Assembly: GCA_902786365.1 (NCBI GenBank)
Contig: CADACD010000013.1
Span: forward strand, 779 to 64,778
Reading direction: 5' to 3'
Source of the DNA: an uncultured Lachnospiraceae bacterium
GTDB taxonomy: Bacteria; Bacillota; Clostridia; Lachnospirales; Lachnospiraceae
Length of the DNA stretch: 64,000 nucleotides
This document shows positions 52,158-61,896 of the stretch, piece by piece. The translations under genes were made by a program, and so were the position numbers. The notes beneath the pieces are model-generated. The model saw only the letters and a list, made by a program, of their open reading frames with translations, was not told where the DNA came from and did no database searches. Positions within the stretch are counted from its first letter, which is position 1. Each line of letters begins with the position of its first letter.

Positions 52158-54116
52158 ATGAATATCATTACAGAAACAGACCGGTATCTGTTTGGACATG
52201 GTTCTCATTACGAAATATATGAGAAGCTTGGCGCACATGTAATGGAGATAGATGGCGTAAAAGGGACTTACTTTGCAGTATGGGCTCCAAAGGCAAAGGC
52301 AGTAAGTGTAGTTGGAGATTTTAATGATTGGAATGGATATATCCATGTCATGCAGAGAATCGATAATTCAGGTATATGGGAAAGGTTTATACCGGGAGTT
52401 TTTGAAGGCCATTTATACAAATATGCAATAACGTGGCCGGACGGAACAACACATGACAAGGCAGATCCTTATGGAAATTATGCTGAGATGAGACCGGGCA
52501 ATGCATCAAGAATTACAAATCTGAACGGATATGAGTGGGGCGATGCAAAATGGATTGAAGAGCATGATAAGAATGCAGATAATATTGTCGATACTCCAAT
52601 GTCAATCTATGAGGTTCATTTAGGTTCATGGAAAAAAGATTATTCCTATAGTGTAGACGGTTTTTGCGGATACAGGCAGCTTGCTCATGAGCTTGGCGAT
52701 TATTTGATTTATATGGGATATACACATATTGAATTGATGGGTATCTCTGAACATCCGCTAGATGCTTCATGGGGATATCAGGTGACAGGGTATTATGCAG
52801 CTACTTCTAGATATGGTGAGCCAAAAGATTTTATGTATTTTGTAGATTATATGCATAAACTCGGAATCGGAGTCATTCTTGACTGGGTTCCGGCACATTT
52901 CCCGAGAGATGAGCATGGTCTTGCGTGGTTTGATGGTGGTCCTTTGTATGAGTATGCTGACACAAGAAAAGGTGAACATCCTGACTGGGGCACAAAGATA
53001 TTTGATTATAGCAAAACAGAGGTAGCCAACTTCCTTATTGCAAATGCGTTGTTCTGGGTAGAGAAGTTCCATATAGATGCACTCAGGGTAGATGCGGTTG
53101 CATCAATGCTATATCTTGATTATGGAAGAAAAGACGGTCAGTGGGTTCCAAATCAGTATGGGGGTAATGGCAACCTTGAGGCAATGGAATTGTTCAGACA
53201 TCTGACAAGTATTATGAAGAAACGTGATCCAAGAGCATATTTGATTGCTGAGGAATCAACTGCATGGCCAAATATCACAAAATCGCCTGAAGATGGAGGA
53301 CTTGGATTTACATTCAAATGGAATATGGGATGGATGCATGATTTTCTTGATTATGTGAAGTTAGATCCATATTTTAAGAAGTTCAACCACAATAAGATGA
53401 CTTTTAATATGACATACACATTCAGTGAGAAGTTTATACTTACGCTTTCACATGATGAAGTTGTGCATATGAAGAAATCAATGTTCTATAAGATGCCGGG
53501 TGATTTGGAGACAAAGGCAGCAAACTTAAAGACGGCTTATACATTTATGATGGGACAGCCGGGCAAGAAGTTGTTATTTATGGGACAGGAGTTTGGACAG
53601 CGTGAAGAGTGGTCGGAAGCGAGAGGTCTTGACTGGTACCTTCTTGATGAGCATATGCACAAAGATATACAGAATTATTACAGAAAATTACTTCATCTTT
53701 ATAAGGAAAATCCTGTGATGTATGCATATGAATCATCTGAGTATGAGTGTTTTGAATGGATTAACTGTGATGATGGTGACAACAGTGTATTCAGTTATAT
53801 AAGAAAGGCGCCGGGAACATTTAATGGAAGTCTTGCATTTGTATGTAACTTCACTCCAATACAGAGAGATGAGTATGTGATAGGTGTCCCACATCCGGGT
53901 GAGTATAAAGTTATCTTAAGTTCAGAAGATGTTGATGGTGTCGAGAGAGTTTCTTATGTGGCAGAGGAATTGCCTGAAGGTGAAAAGCAGGATAATTTTG
54001 ATTATAAGATTACAGTGAACTTAAGATCATTTGAATCGATTACTATGGAAGTACCTAAGCAAATTAAAAAGCCGGTTAGAACTGTTAAGAAAAAGACCAC
54101 AAAAAAAGAAAAATAG
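52158..54116 (+). CDS. glgB: 1,4-alpha-glucan branching enzyme
   Basis: VWAPKA, SWGYQVTGYY, DWVPAHF, catalytic RVDAVASM and AEES, LSHDEVVH. Confidence 0.96.
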   Translation: MNIITETDRYLFGHGSHYEIYEKLGAHVMEIDGVKGTYFAVWAPKAKAVSVVGDFNDWNGYIHVMQRIDNSGIWERFIPGVFEGHLYKYAITWPDGTTHDKADPYGNYAEMRPGNASRITNLNGYEWGDAKWIEEHDKNADNIVDTPMSIYEVHLGSWKKDYSYSVDGFCGYRQLAHELGDYLIYMGYTHIELMGISEHPLDASWGYQVTGYYAATSRYGEPKDFMYFVDYMHKLGIGVILDWVPAHFPRDEHGLAWFDGGPLYEYADTRKGEHPDWGTKIFDYSKTEVANFLIANALFWVEKFHIDALRVDAVASMLYLDYGRKDGQWVPNQYGGNGNLEAMELFRHLTSIMKKRDPRAYLIAEESTAWPNITKSPEDGGLGFTFKWNMGWMHDFLDYVKLDPYFKKFNHNKMTFNMTYTFSEKFILTLSHDEVVHMKKSMFYKMPGDLETKAANLKTAYTFMMGQPGKKLLFMGQEFGQREEWSEARGLDWYLLDEHMHKDIQNYYRKLLHLYKENPVMYAYESSEYECFEWINCDDGDNSVFSYIRKAPGTFNGSLAFVCNFTPIQRDEYVIGVPHPGEYKVILSSEDVDGVERVSYVAEELPEGEKQDNFDYKITVNLRSFESITMEVPKQIKKPVRTVKKKTTKKEK

Positions 54117-54138
54117 ATCATAAACATATGATTAATAT

Positions 54139-54181
54139 AAGTCATCTGTGTTCCTGACAAAGGAATGCAGGTGGCTTATTT
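54139..54181 (+). terminator. Intrinsic terminator after glgB
   Basis: aagtcatctg / caggtggctt stem with inner ttcct/aggaa. Confidence 0.65.
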
Positions 54182-54236
54182 AGTTCTGTGATTTGTACCA
54201 GAAGCAGTTTTCTTCCAAATTTTGTGCAGACACAAG

Positions 54237-54266
54237 TTGACGGTAATACTTATTATATGTTAAAAT
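54237..54266 (+). promoter_or_regulatory. Sigma-A promoter upstream of the EIIC-EAL gene
   Basis: TTGACG-N18-TAAAAT with extended TG. Confidence 0.6.
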
Positions 54267-54355
54267 TAAGACATTAAGATTTGCGTGGAACTATCAGAAT
54301 AGTTAAGAAGGCGGCAGTTGTAAATATGAATATATTTTGGAATGAAGGGATTAAC

Positions 54356-56557
54356 ATGGAAAGAATATTTTCGGCCGTTTTAAGGAAAATTGATAAAAGC
54401 CATATCATTAGTGCCGTCAGACGCGGACTTATTATGGTTATTCCGATTTTAATGCTTGGTTCAATGGCACAGGTACTTCAAAGTATACCATTAAGGGCAT
54501 ATCAAAATGTTTTAGAGATACTGCTTGATGGTGCATTTCGACAAATGCTAAACTTTATCTACGATGCGGCTTTTGGTATGTTGTCAGTGTATATCGTTTT
54601 TTCTATTACAAACTGTTATCTGAGCAGCAGAGGATTGTCTATCAATTATGTGTTTGTGGGTTCACTGACAGGAGTAGCTTCTTTTTTTGCGGTTTCCGGT
54701 GTCAGCATGGATAAGATCAGTTCAGGAGCATTGGGTACCAAAGGAACATTTTCAGCGATTTTCTGTGCGATTATTGTTTCAAAGCTTTATGAACATATTA
54801 TTAATAATGTAAAAATCCCGTTTAGATTGTATGCAGATGGAGTAGACCTTGAATTTAATGATGCTATTATAGCGATGATACCACTCATTTCAATAACCAT
54901 ATTATTTTCAATGTTCAACTATTTTGTATGTCAGATTTTTCATACAGAGAGTTTTCAGGATTTTTATGTGCACATAGTGAATGGCATCTTTGCAGGACGG
55001 GGAAGTTCATTTGTAAATGGTTTTATGTATATAGTGATTTCAGGAATTTTATGTTTTTTTGGAATATACGGAAGTAATGTGCTGGAGGTTACATCTAATA
55101 ATATATTTCATTCTGAACTAATAGCAGAACTTTCAGATGGCGCATATACAATAGCAGAGAAGAGCAAGGCAATACTCAGTAAAGAGTTTCTGAATGTGTT
55201 TGTGATGCTTGGAGGATATGGAACAGCATTTTGTCTGTTGATTTCAATTGTTGTATTTAGCAGAAGAAATATTAACAAAAATCTCACCAGAATATGTGCA
55301 ATTCCAATGGTATTTAATTTCAGTGATTTGTTGTCATTTGGGTTTCCGATTATTTTTAATGTATACCTTCTGGCACCATTTTTGGTGGTGCCGGTAGCAG
55401 CTTACTGTATCTCATTTTTTGCAATTTATTTCGGGTTTGTTCCTATGATAACCAGGCAGACGGCTCCAACAGTACCAATATTTATCAGCGGATATATGGC
55501 AACAGGCTCGGTAAGAGGAACATTGTTGCAAGTGGTTGTACTTTTGACAGGTATATTCATTTACCGGCCATTTGTCAGAGCATATGATGATTCGAAGAAC
55601 AGAAATGAAGCTGAAAGAATGCAGGAATTAACCGATATTTTAAAGAGAGCAGAGGAAGAGAAAACGGATATTGAAGTTTTGAGAATACCCGGTACCCCCG
55701 GAGCGCTTGCAAAATGTCTGGCTGTAGATATAGAGAGTGGCATTGATCATGAAGAGGTTGAACTCCATTATCAACTTCAGTATGACAATGAATATAATTG
55801 TATAGGGGCAGAGACGCTGATGCGGTATATTCATCCGATTCACGGATTTATTTACCCTCCGTTAGTTATAAAAATTGCTGATGAAGCAAAGATACTTAGT
55901 AAACTAGAAAGGTATCTGTTTGTACAGGCAGCAAAGGATTACAGAAAAGTCAAAAGTATTACAAGCAAGCCTTACAAGATTTCTGTCAATGTAACCATAT
56001 CAACAATTCTTGAGGGAGATTTTATTGATTTTTTAAGAGAGCTTAAGAAGAAATATAATATAGCAGACAGAGAGATGTGTATAGAGATTACGGAGCAGAT
56101 GGCGATTAAATCGGATGAACAGTTTGAAGTAGCACTTGGAGCGGTGAAAGAGTTAGGCTACATGATAGCGATAGATGATTTCTCAATGGGTTCAACCTCT
56201 ATTAAGTATCTGCAGAACAATCAGTTTGATATGGTGAAGCTTGATGGGGCTATTGTCAAGGGAATAATGAGTAATGAAAGAAGTAAAGAAATTATTTCTT
56301 CAATCGTTTACCTTGCCAATTCGTTGAATTTTACTGTACTTGCAGAATATGTAGAAACGGAAGAGCAGATAGAAGAACTAAAAAAGATAGGATGCAATTA
56401 TTATCAGGGTTATCATTTTAGTAAAGCTGTTAAGATAGATGATTTTTTGGCTGTATTAAAAGCTGAAAGAGAAGGAAAGAGTAAATTAAAAGCTGAGTAT
56501 GAAGGAAAGCTATCAGTGGAAAAAGAACAGAAAAAACAGGTAAAAATAGTAAAATGA
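54356..56557 (+). CDS. PTS EIIC (lactose/cellobiose-type) membrane domain fused to an EAL c-di-GMP phosphodiesterase domain
   Basis: N-terminal multi-TM region (LGGYGT, FNFSDLLSFGFPIIFN); EAL domain AETLMR, ISVN, EITE, DDFSMG, KLD, AEYVE, QGY; start approximate. Confidence 0.85.
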   Translation: MERIFSAVLRKIDKSHIISAVRRGLIMVIPILMLGSMAQVLQSIPLRAYQNVLEILLDGAFRQMLNFIYDAAFGMLSVYIVFSITNCYLSSRGLSINYVFVGSLTGVASFFAVSGVSMDKISSGALGTKGTFSAIFCAIIVSKLYEHIINNVKIPFRLYADGVDLEFNDAIIAMIPLISITILFSMFNYFVCQIFHTESFQDFYVHIVNGIFAGRGSSFVNGFMYIVISGILCFFGIYGSNVLEVTSNNIFHSELIAELSDGAYTIAEKSKAILSKEFLNVFVMLGGYGTAFCLLISIVVFSRRNINKNLTRICAIPMVFNFSDLLSFGFPIIFNVYLLAPFLVVPVAAYCISFFAIYFGFVPMITRQTAPTVPIFISGYMATGSVRGTLLQVVVLLTGIFIYRPFVRAYDDSKNRNEAERMQELTDILKRAEEEKTDIEVLRIPGTPGALAKCLAVDIESGIDHEEVELHYQLQYDNEYNCIGAETLMRYIHPIHGFIYPPLVIKIADEAKILSKLERYLFVQAAKDYRKVKSITSKPYKISVNVTISTILEGDFIDFLRELKKKYNIADREMCIEITEQMAIKSDEQFEVALGAVKELGYMIAIDDFSMGSTSIKYLQNNQFDMVKLDGAIVKGIMSNERSKEIISSIVYLANSLNFTVLAEYVETEEQIEELKKIGCNYYQGYHFSKAVKIDDFLAVLKAEREGKSKLKAEYEGKLSVEKEQKKQVKIVK

Positions 56558-56656
56558 ATAGCCCAATATAGCATCATTCAAAAAATAAAAGGTGTATAAA
56601 AGTAGTTATTATAAACAGTAATAGAAGATAATTAATATTAAAAGGAAATTGCAAAA

Positions 56657-58177
56657 ATGTCTGATTTGTATGAAAAACTTACACAATATTCTAAGATAGA
56701 TTGGTATCCGTTTCATATGCCGGGTCATAAGAGAAGGATAAAAGATGGTATCAATCCATATTTATATGATATTACAGAGATAGACGGATTTGATAATCTG
56801 CATGAGCCGGAGGAAATTATTAAAGAAGAGATGAAAGTGGCAATGCAGTTTTATCAGTCTGATGCAACATATTTTCTTGTCAATGGAAGCACATGTGGCC
56901 TATTATCTGCCATATGTGCTTTGACAAGTAAAGGTGAAAAAATTCTTGTTGCAAGAAACTGTCATAAATCAGTATATCATGCCATTTTTTTAAATGAACT
57001 TCAACCAATCTATATATATCCGGAATATATAGATGAATTTGGTATTAATGGAGGTATATCACCGGAGGTGATGAGAGATATACTTGACAGGAATAGAGAC
57101 ATACATGTGGTTATCATCACATCTCCGACTTATGAGGGAGTTGTATCGGACATCAAAACAATTGCAGACATTGTGCATGAAAGAGGAGCAGTTTTGATTG
57201 TCGATGAAGCACATGGAGCTCATTTTGGAATGCATGAGATTTTTCCGGTCTCTGCACTTCGGTATGGTGCTGATGTCGTGATACAAAGTGTGCATAAGAC
57301 TCTGCCATCACTTACACAGACAGCATTATTACATATCAAAGGGGACAGAGCTAATCTTAAGGAAGTTGAGAGATATCTTCACATATATCAGACAAGCAGT
57401 CCCTCATATGTGCTTCTGTCGAGTATTACCAGATGCATAAAAATGGCACAGGAAAGTATGGGAAATGGTCTGTTTGATAAATATGCAGCAAGACTTAAAA
57501 ATTTTTATAAACAATCAGAAAATTTTAATAATATACAAATTATTCAAGATAATATCAAAGGAAAAAATTCAGTCCATCATTTTGATATGTCTAAAATTGT
57601 TATTTCTGTCAAGAATAGTAATCTAACAGCAAAAAGTGTCTATCAGCGGCTTCGCAATCACTACCATCTCCAGCTTGAGATGTGTGCGGGCGACTATATG
57701 ATTGCAATGACATCATTTATCGATACAGATGAAGGATTTGAGAGGCTTTATAAGGCACTTGAGGAAATCGATGAAAGCATAAATGATATGAAACATAATA
57801 ATTTTGATAAAGATATGTTTTGGCATAACGATGAAAAAAAGTTTTGTAAAAAAAATATCGGAAAAGAAAGTGGTATAGAAGATAATACGATATTTAGAAT
57901 GCCACAGGCAATTGTTTTGAAGAAAACCAGTGACGCTATCGGATTGCATACAAAAATGGTTGAATTAAAAGATGCAAAAGGAAGGATGTCAGCAGAATAT
58001 ATATACCTATATCCTCCCGGAATACCGGTTGTTGCGCCGGGAGAAATGATCACAGGAGAAGTGATAGAATTAATTAAAAACTACAGGCGGGCAGGACTGG
58101 ATATACATGGTACTGAGGTGGAAAATGCACAGTATATTACAATAGCAGATGTGTATAGCCCACTAAGCTGCAGATAG
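56657..58177 (+). CDS. Orn/Lys/Arg decarboxylase family PLP enzyme (YaaO-like)
   Basis: FHMPGHKR, LVNGSTCG, RNCHKS, VDEAHGAH, QSVHKTL (PLP Lys), TSSPSY, YPPGIP. Confidence 0.9.
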   Translation: MSDLYEKLTQYSKIDWYPFHMPGHKRRIKDGINPYLYDITEIDGFDNLHEPEEIIKEEMKVAMQFYQSDATYFLVNGSTCGLLSAICALTSKGEKILVARNCHKSVYHAIFLNELQPIYIYPEYIDEFGINGGISPEVMRDILDRNRDIHVVIITSPTYEGVVSDIKTIADIVHERGAVLIVDEAHGAHFGMHEIFPVSALRYGADVVIQSVHKTLPSLTQTALLHIKGDRANLKEVERYLHIYQTSSPSYVLLSSITRCIKMAQESMGNGLFDKYAARLKNFYKQSENFNNIQIIQDNIKGKNSVHHFDMSKIVISVKNSNLTAKSVYQRLRNHYHLQLEMCAGDYMIAMTSFIDTDEGFERLYKALEEIDESINDMKHNNFDKDMFWHNDEKKFCKKNIGKESGIEDNTIFRMPQAIVLKKTSDAIGLHTKMVELKDAKGRMSAEYIYLYPPGIPVVAPGEMITGEVIELIKNYRRAGLDIHGTEVENAQYITIADVYSPLSCR

Positions 58178-58264
58178 TAACCATGAGATACAGATTGAAA
58201 GTGAAGAATACTCGTGAACAGTAAGTGATAAAAGGACAGAAAAATGAAAAAACGGAGGTGTGTT

Positions 58265-58867
58265 TTGGGAAATATATTTTATGTGATGGGAAAAAGTTCA
58301 TCAGGAAAAGATACAATATATAATATGCTTTTAAATGACAAAGAATTGGGATTGAAAAATATTGTCGGATACACGACAAGACCAAAGAGAGAGGGAGAAG
58401 AAAATGGAAGAGAGTATATATTTGTTGATGAAAATGAGTTGGATGAACTAAAAAAACAGGAAAAAGTAATAGAATCAAGAGTGTATAATACGATATACGG
58501 AAAATGGTATTATTTTACTGTGAATGATGAACAGGTTAATTTAAAACAATACAATTACATATTAATAGGAACACTTGAATCTTATGAGAAGGTGAGAGAC
58601 TTTTATGGGACAGATGAAAGTGGAAAGAGAATAGTAGTTCCTATCTATATCAATGTAGAAGATGGTGAGCGGCTTTTAAGGGCAATTGAAAGAGAAAAAG
58701 GTCAGAACACACCCAAGTATGCAGAAATGTGTCGCAGATTTCTGGCTGATAGTGAGGACTTTTCAGAAGAAAAAATAAAAAAAGCAGAAATAGGAATTAT
58801 ATATGAAAACGATATCTTGAAAAATTGTTATGATAAAATACGAAAAGATATCAAAAAATATATTTAA
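58265..58867 (+). CDS. Guanylate-kinase-like nucleoside monophosphate kinase
   Basis: P-loop GKSSSGKDT; YTTRPKREGEENGREYIF; TTG start after GGAGG. Confidence 0.8.
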   Translation: MGNIFYVMGKSSSGKDTIYNMLLNDKELGLKNIVGYTTRPKREGEENGREYIFVDENELDELKKQEKVIESRVYNTIYGKWYYFTVNDEQVNLKQYNYILIGTLESYEKVRDFYGTDESGKRIVVPIYINVEDGERLLRAIEREKGQNTPKYAEMCRRFLADSEDFSEEKIKKAEIGIIYENDILKNCYDKIRKDIKKYI

Positions 58868-58869
58868 AA

Positions 58870-58898
58870 TTGTAACCACTACTCAAATATGATATAAT
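58870..58898 (+). promoter_or_regulatory. Sigma-A promoter upstream of holB
   Basis: TTGTAA-N17-TATAAT with extended TG. Confidence 0.65.
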
Positions 58899-58935
58899 AT
58901 ACACTGAGGTGCTGAAAATCAAAGGAGATGTTTAT

Positions 58936-59928
58936 ATGGCAGGTTTTAACGAGATTTTGGGAAATGAGAATATAGTATCACATTTTAGAAAAGCGATAAG
59001 TAATGATAAAATTTCTCATGCTTATATTATAAATGGCGAAAAAGGAATGGGAAAGAAGACGATTGCAAAGGCATTTGCAATGACGTTGTTATGTGAGAAA
59101 AGGGGAAGTGAACCTTGTATGGAATGTCATTCCTGTATACAGGCAATAACAGACAATAACCCTGACATTATTCACATTTCAGCAGATAAACCGACTACTC
59201 TTTCTATCGACCATATGAGAGAAAAACTGGTTAATGATATAAGTTACAAACCATACAGTTACAGTCATAAAGTGTACATTATTGAAGACTGTGAACTGAT
59301 GAATGTTCAGGCACAGAATGCCATTTTAAAGACGATTGAGGAACCTCCGGCATATGCGGTTGTGATGCTTTTGACAACAAATGTTGGTACATTATTGCCA
59401 ACAGTTTTATCGAGATGTATCACATTAAATATGCAACCTTTGAAAAATGAAGTGATAAAAGAGTATCTTATGACAAAAGATAAGATTGTGGATTATCAGG
59501 CAGATGTGGCTGTATCAATGGCGGCAGGAAACCTTGGAAAGGCAAGAGAACTTGCGGTTTCAAAAGATTTTGCAGAAATGTTAAAAGAAGTGATACAGCT
59601 TGTGAAATATATTGAAGATATGCAGGCGTATGAGGTTGTGGCAGCAGTGAGGAGAGCGTCTGATTTTAAATTTAGATTTACAGATTACATTGATATTATG
59701 GTATTGTGGTTCAGGGATGTACTAATGTATAAGGCATCGATGGATATCAATTCTCTTGTATTTAAAGATGAGATTGTGACAATTAAGCAACAGGCTGCAA
59801 ATTCTTCCTATAACGGAATCAATCTGATACTTGAGGCTATGGATAAAGCGAAGGTAAGACTGAAGGCAAATGTTAACTTTGATGTTGCAATTGAAATGAT
59901 GTTTCTTACTATACGTGACCATATATAA
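58936..59928 (+). CDS. holB: DNA polymerase III delta' subunit
   Basis: SHAYII, GMGKKT, CMECHSC zinc module, AQNAILKTIEEPP, TVLSRC. Confidence 0.93.
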   Translation: MAGFNEILGNENIVSHFRKAISNDKISHAYIINGEKGMGKKTIAKAFAMTLLCEKRGSEPCMECHSCIQAITDNNPDIIHISADKPTTLSIDHMREKLVNDISYKPYSYSHKVYIIEDCELMNVQAQNAILKTIEEPPAYAVVMLLTTNVGTLLPTVLSRCITLNMQPLKNEVIKEYLMTKDKIVDYQADVAVSMAAGNLGKARELAVSKDFAEMLKEVIQLVKYIEDMQAYEVVAAVRRASDFKFRFTDYIDIMVLWFRDVLMYKASMDINSLVFKDEIVTIKQQAANSSYNGINLILEAMDKAKVRLKANVNFDVAIEMMFLTIRDHI

Positions 59929-59977
59929 GATATATAAATGCTGCCATAAAAATCGCTACGCGATGGGCAGCAAGTAC

Positions 59978-60020
59978 ATCATCACTGCTATGCAGTGATT
60001 CACTGCTATGCAGTGATGAT
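59978..60020. repeat. Tandem 18-bp palindromic units
   Basis: tcactgctatgcagtgat at 59982-59999 and 60000-60017; outer arms atcatcactgc / gcagtgatgat. Confidence 0.85.
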
Positions 60021-60049
60021 AATAATTGGAGAATGGAGAAGCATACAGA

Positions 60050-60958
60050 ATGGTAAAGATAATTGGTGTGAGATTTAGAAAGGCTGGAAAGATATACTAT
60101 TTTGCTCCGGGAAACTTAAAGATCGAAAAAGGAGATCATGTCATTGTAGAAACTGTAAGGGGTGTGGAGTATGGAAGTGTTGTACTTGGAATCCGGGAGA
60201 TTGAGGATGAAGAGATAACATCACCTTTAAAAAATGTGATAAGAATTGCAACACCTGAAGATGATGAAATAGAAAAGAATAACAGGGCAAAAGAAAAAGA
60301 TGCATTTAATATTTGTCTTGAAAAAATAGCAAAGCATGGTCTGGAAATGAAATTGATTGATGCAGAGTATACTTTTGATAATAACAAAGTATTGTTTTAT
60401 TTTACAGCAGATGGAAGAATTGACTTTAGAGAACTTGTAAAGGATTTGGCATCTGTATTTAAGACAAGAATAGAGTTAAGGCAGATTGGTGTCAGAGATG
60501 AAACAAAGATTTTAGGAGGATACAGCATTTGTGGCAGACCGTTGTGCTGTAGCACATATCTGTCAGATTTTGTACCTGTTTCTATCAAAATGGCAAAAGA
60601 CCAAAATCTTTCACTCAATCCTACGAAAATTTCGGGAATGTGTGGAAGACTGATGTGCTGTCTTAAGAATGAGCAGGATACGTATGAGTACTTGAACAGC
60701 CGCCTTCCGGAAGTGGGAGATATGGTTACTACAAATGATGGGCTGAAAGGTGAAGTTCAGAGTGTGAGTGTCCTAAGACAGCTTGTAAAGGTCTTAGTGA
60801 ATGTTAATGATGAAAAAGAAATTAAAGAGTATAAAGTAAAAGATATCAGATTTAAGAAAAAGAAGAAACATGAGAATGTGAATCTTGCCGATGATGCTGA
60901 ACTCAAAAAATTGGAGGCATTAGAACGCAAGGAAGGAAAATCAAAAATAAATGACTAG
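60050..60958 (+). CDS. ricT: RicT/YaaT (PSP1-domain) stage 0 sporulation protein
   Basis: FYFTADGRIDFRELVKDLA, RQIGVRDE, CGRPLCC, KISGMCGRLMCCL. Confidence 0.93.
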   Translation: MVKIIGVRFRKAGKIYYFAPGNLKIEKGDHVIVETVRGVEYGSVVLGIREIEDEEITSPLKNVIRIATPEDDEIEKNNRAKEKDAFNICLEKIAKHGLEMKLIDAEYTFDNNKVLFYFTADGRIDFRELVKDLASVFKTRIELRQIGVRDETKILGGYSICGRPLCCSTYLSDFVPVSIKMAKDQNLSLNPTKISGMCGRLMCCLKNEQDTYEYLNSRLPEVGDMVTTNDGLKGEVQSVSVLRQLVKVLVNVNDEKEIKEYKVKDIRFKKKKKHENVNLADDAELKKLEALERKEGKSKIND

Positions 60959-61790
60959 GACATATGATAACGATATGACTGATATGACAGATGAAGAGTT
61001 AAGTATGGAGATGGATGCAAAGATAAGTGAAGAAATAGATGCAGAGATAAATGCAGAGAATTTACTGCTTTCAGGTGAGCGTATCGATGATTTGGAGCGT
61101 AATGGTTACAGAATCATTCAGAATAAAGAAAAGTTTTGTTTTGGAATGGATGCTGTTTTGTTAAGTGCTTTTGCAAAAGTGTCTGAGAATGAAACGGTTC
61201 TTGATTTAGGATGTGGAACAGGAATTATACCGATTTTGCTGGAAGCAAAAACGTTGGGGGCTCATTTTACAGGACTTGAAGTGCAGGAACAGAGTGCTGA
61301 TATGGCAAGACGAAGTGTGATATTGAACAGACTTCAAAGTAAGATAGAGATTGTTACCGGAGATATCAAAGAGGTTGACAGGATTTTTAAGAAAGCGAGC
61401 TTTGATGTGGTAACATCGAATCCGCCTTATATGAATGACAATCATGGGATTAAGAATCCTGATTTGCCAAAAGCAATTGCAAGACATGAGATTTTGTGTA
61501 CACTTGATGATGTGGTGAAATCTGCAATGGTAATGTTAAGACCGGGTGGAAGGTTCTATATGGTGCACAGACCACACAGACTGACAGAGATTATTGTGAA
61601 ACTGAAGGAATACAGACTTGAACCGAAAAGGATAAAATTTGTGCACCCCTTTGCAGATAAAGAGGCAAATATGGTACTGATAGAGTCTGTCAGAGGCGGA
61701 AAGAGTATGATAAAAGTTGAAAGTCCACTTATTGTGTATGAAGCAGATGGAAGGTATACAGATGAGATTCATGAGATATATGGATTTTAG
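60951..61790 (+). CDS. tRNA1(Val) adenine-37 N6-methyltransferase (YabB-like)
   Basis: FCFGMDAVLL, DLGCGTG, NPPY, AIARHE, VHRP.RL. Confidence 0.9.
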   Translation: MTRTYDNDMTDMTDEELSMEMDAKISEEIDAEINAENLLLSGERIDDLERNGYRIIQNKEKFCFGMDAVLLSAFAKVSENETVLDLGCGTGIIPILLEAKTLGAHFTGLEVQEQSADMARRSVILNRLQSKIEIVTGDIKEVDRIFKKASFDVVTSNPPYMNDNHGIKNPDLPKAIARHEILCTLDDVVKSAMVMLRPGGRFYMVHRPHRLTEIIVKLKEYRLEPKRIKFVHPFADKEANMVLIESVRGGKSMIKVESPLIVYEADGRYTDEIHEIYGF

Positions 61791-61896
61791 AGTGAGATAT
61801 GGAGTCTCTTTGGCAAGGACTGACTGAGTATACATTTTTTGATTTTGATAAGGTAAATGAAATATATTAATAATGAAAAATAACGAGGTATCATTT

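Noticed and set aside
56558-56656. Riboswitch upstream of the amino-acid decarboxylase
   Set aside because: Under 100 bp, very AT-rich and no aptamer motif.
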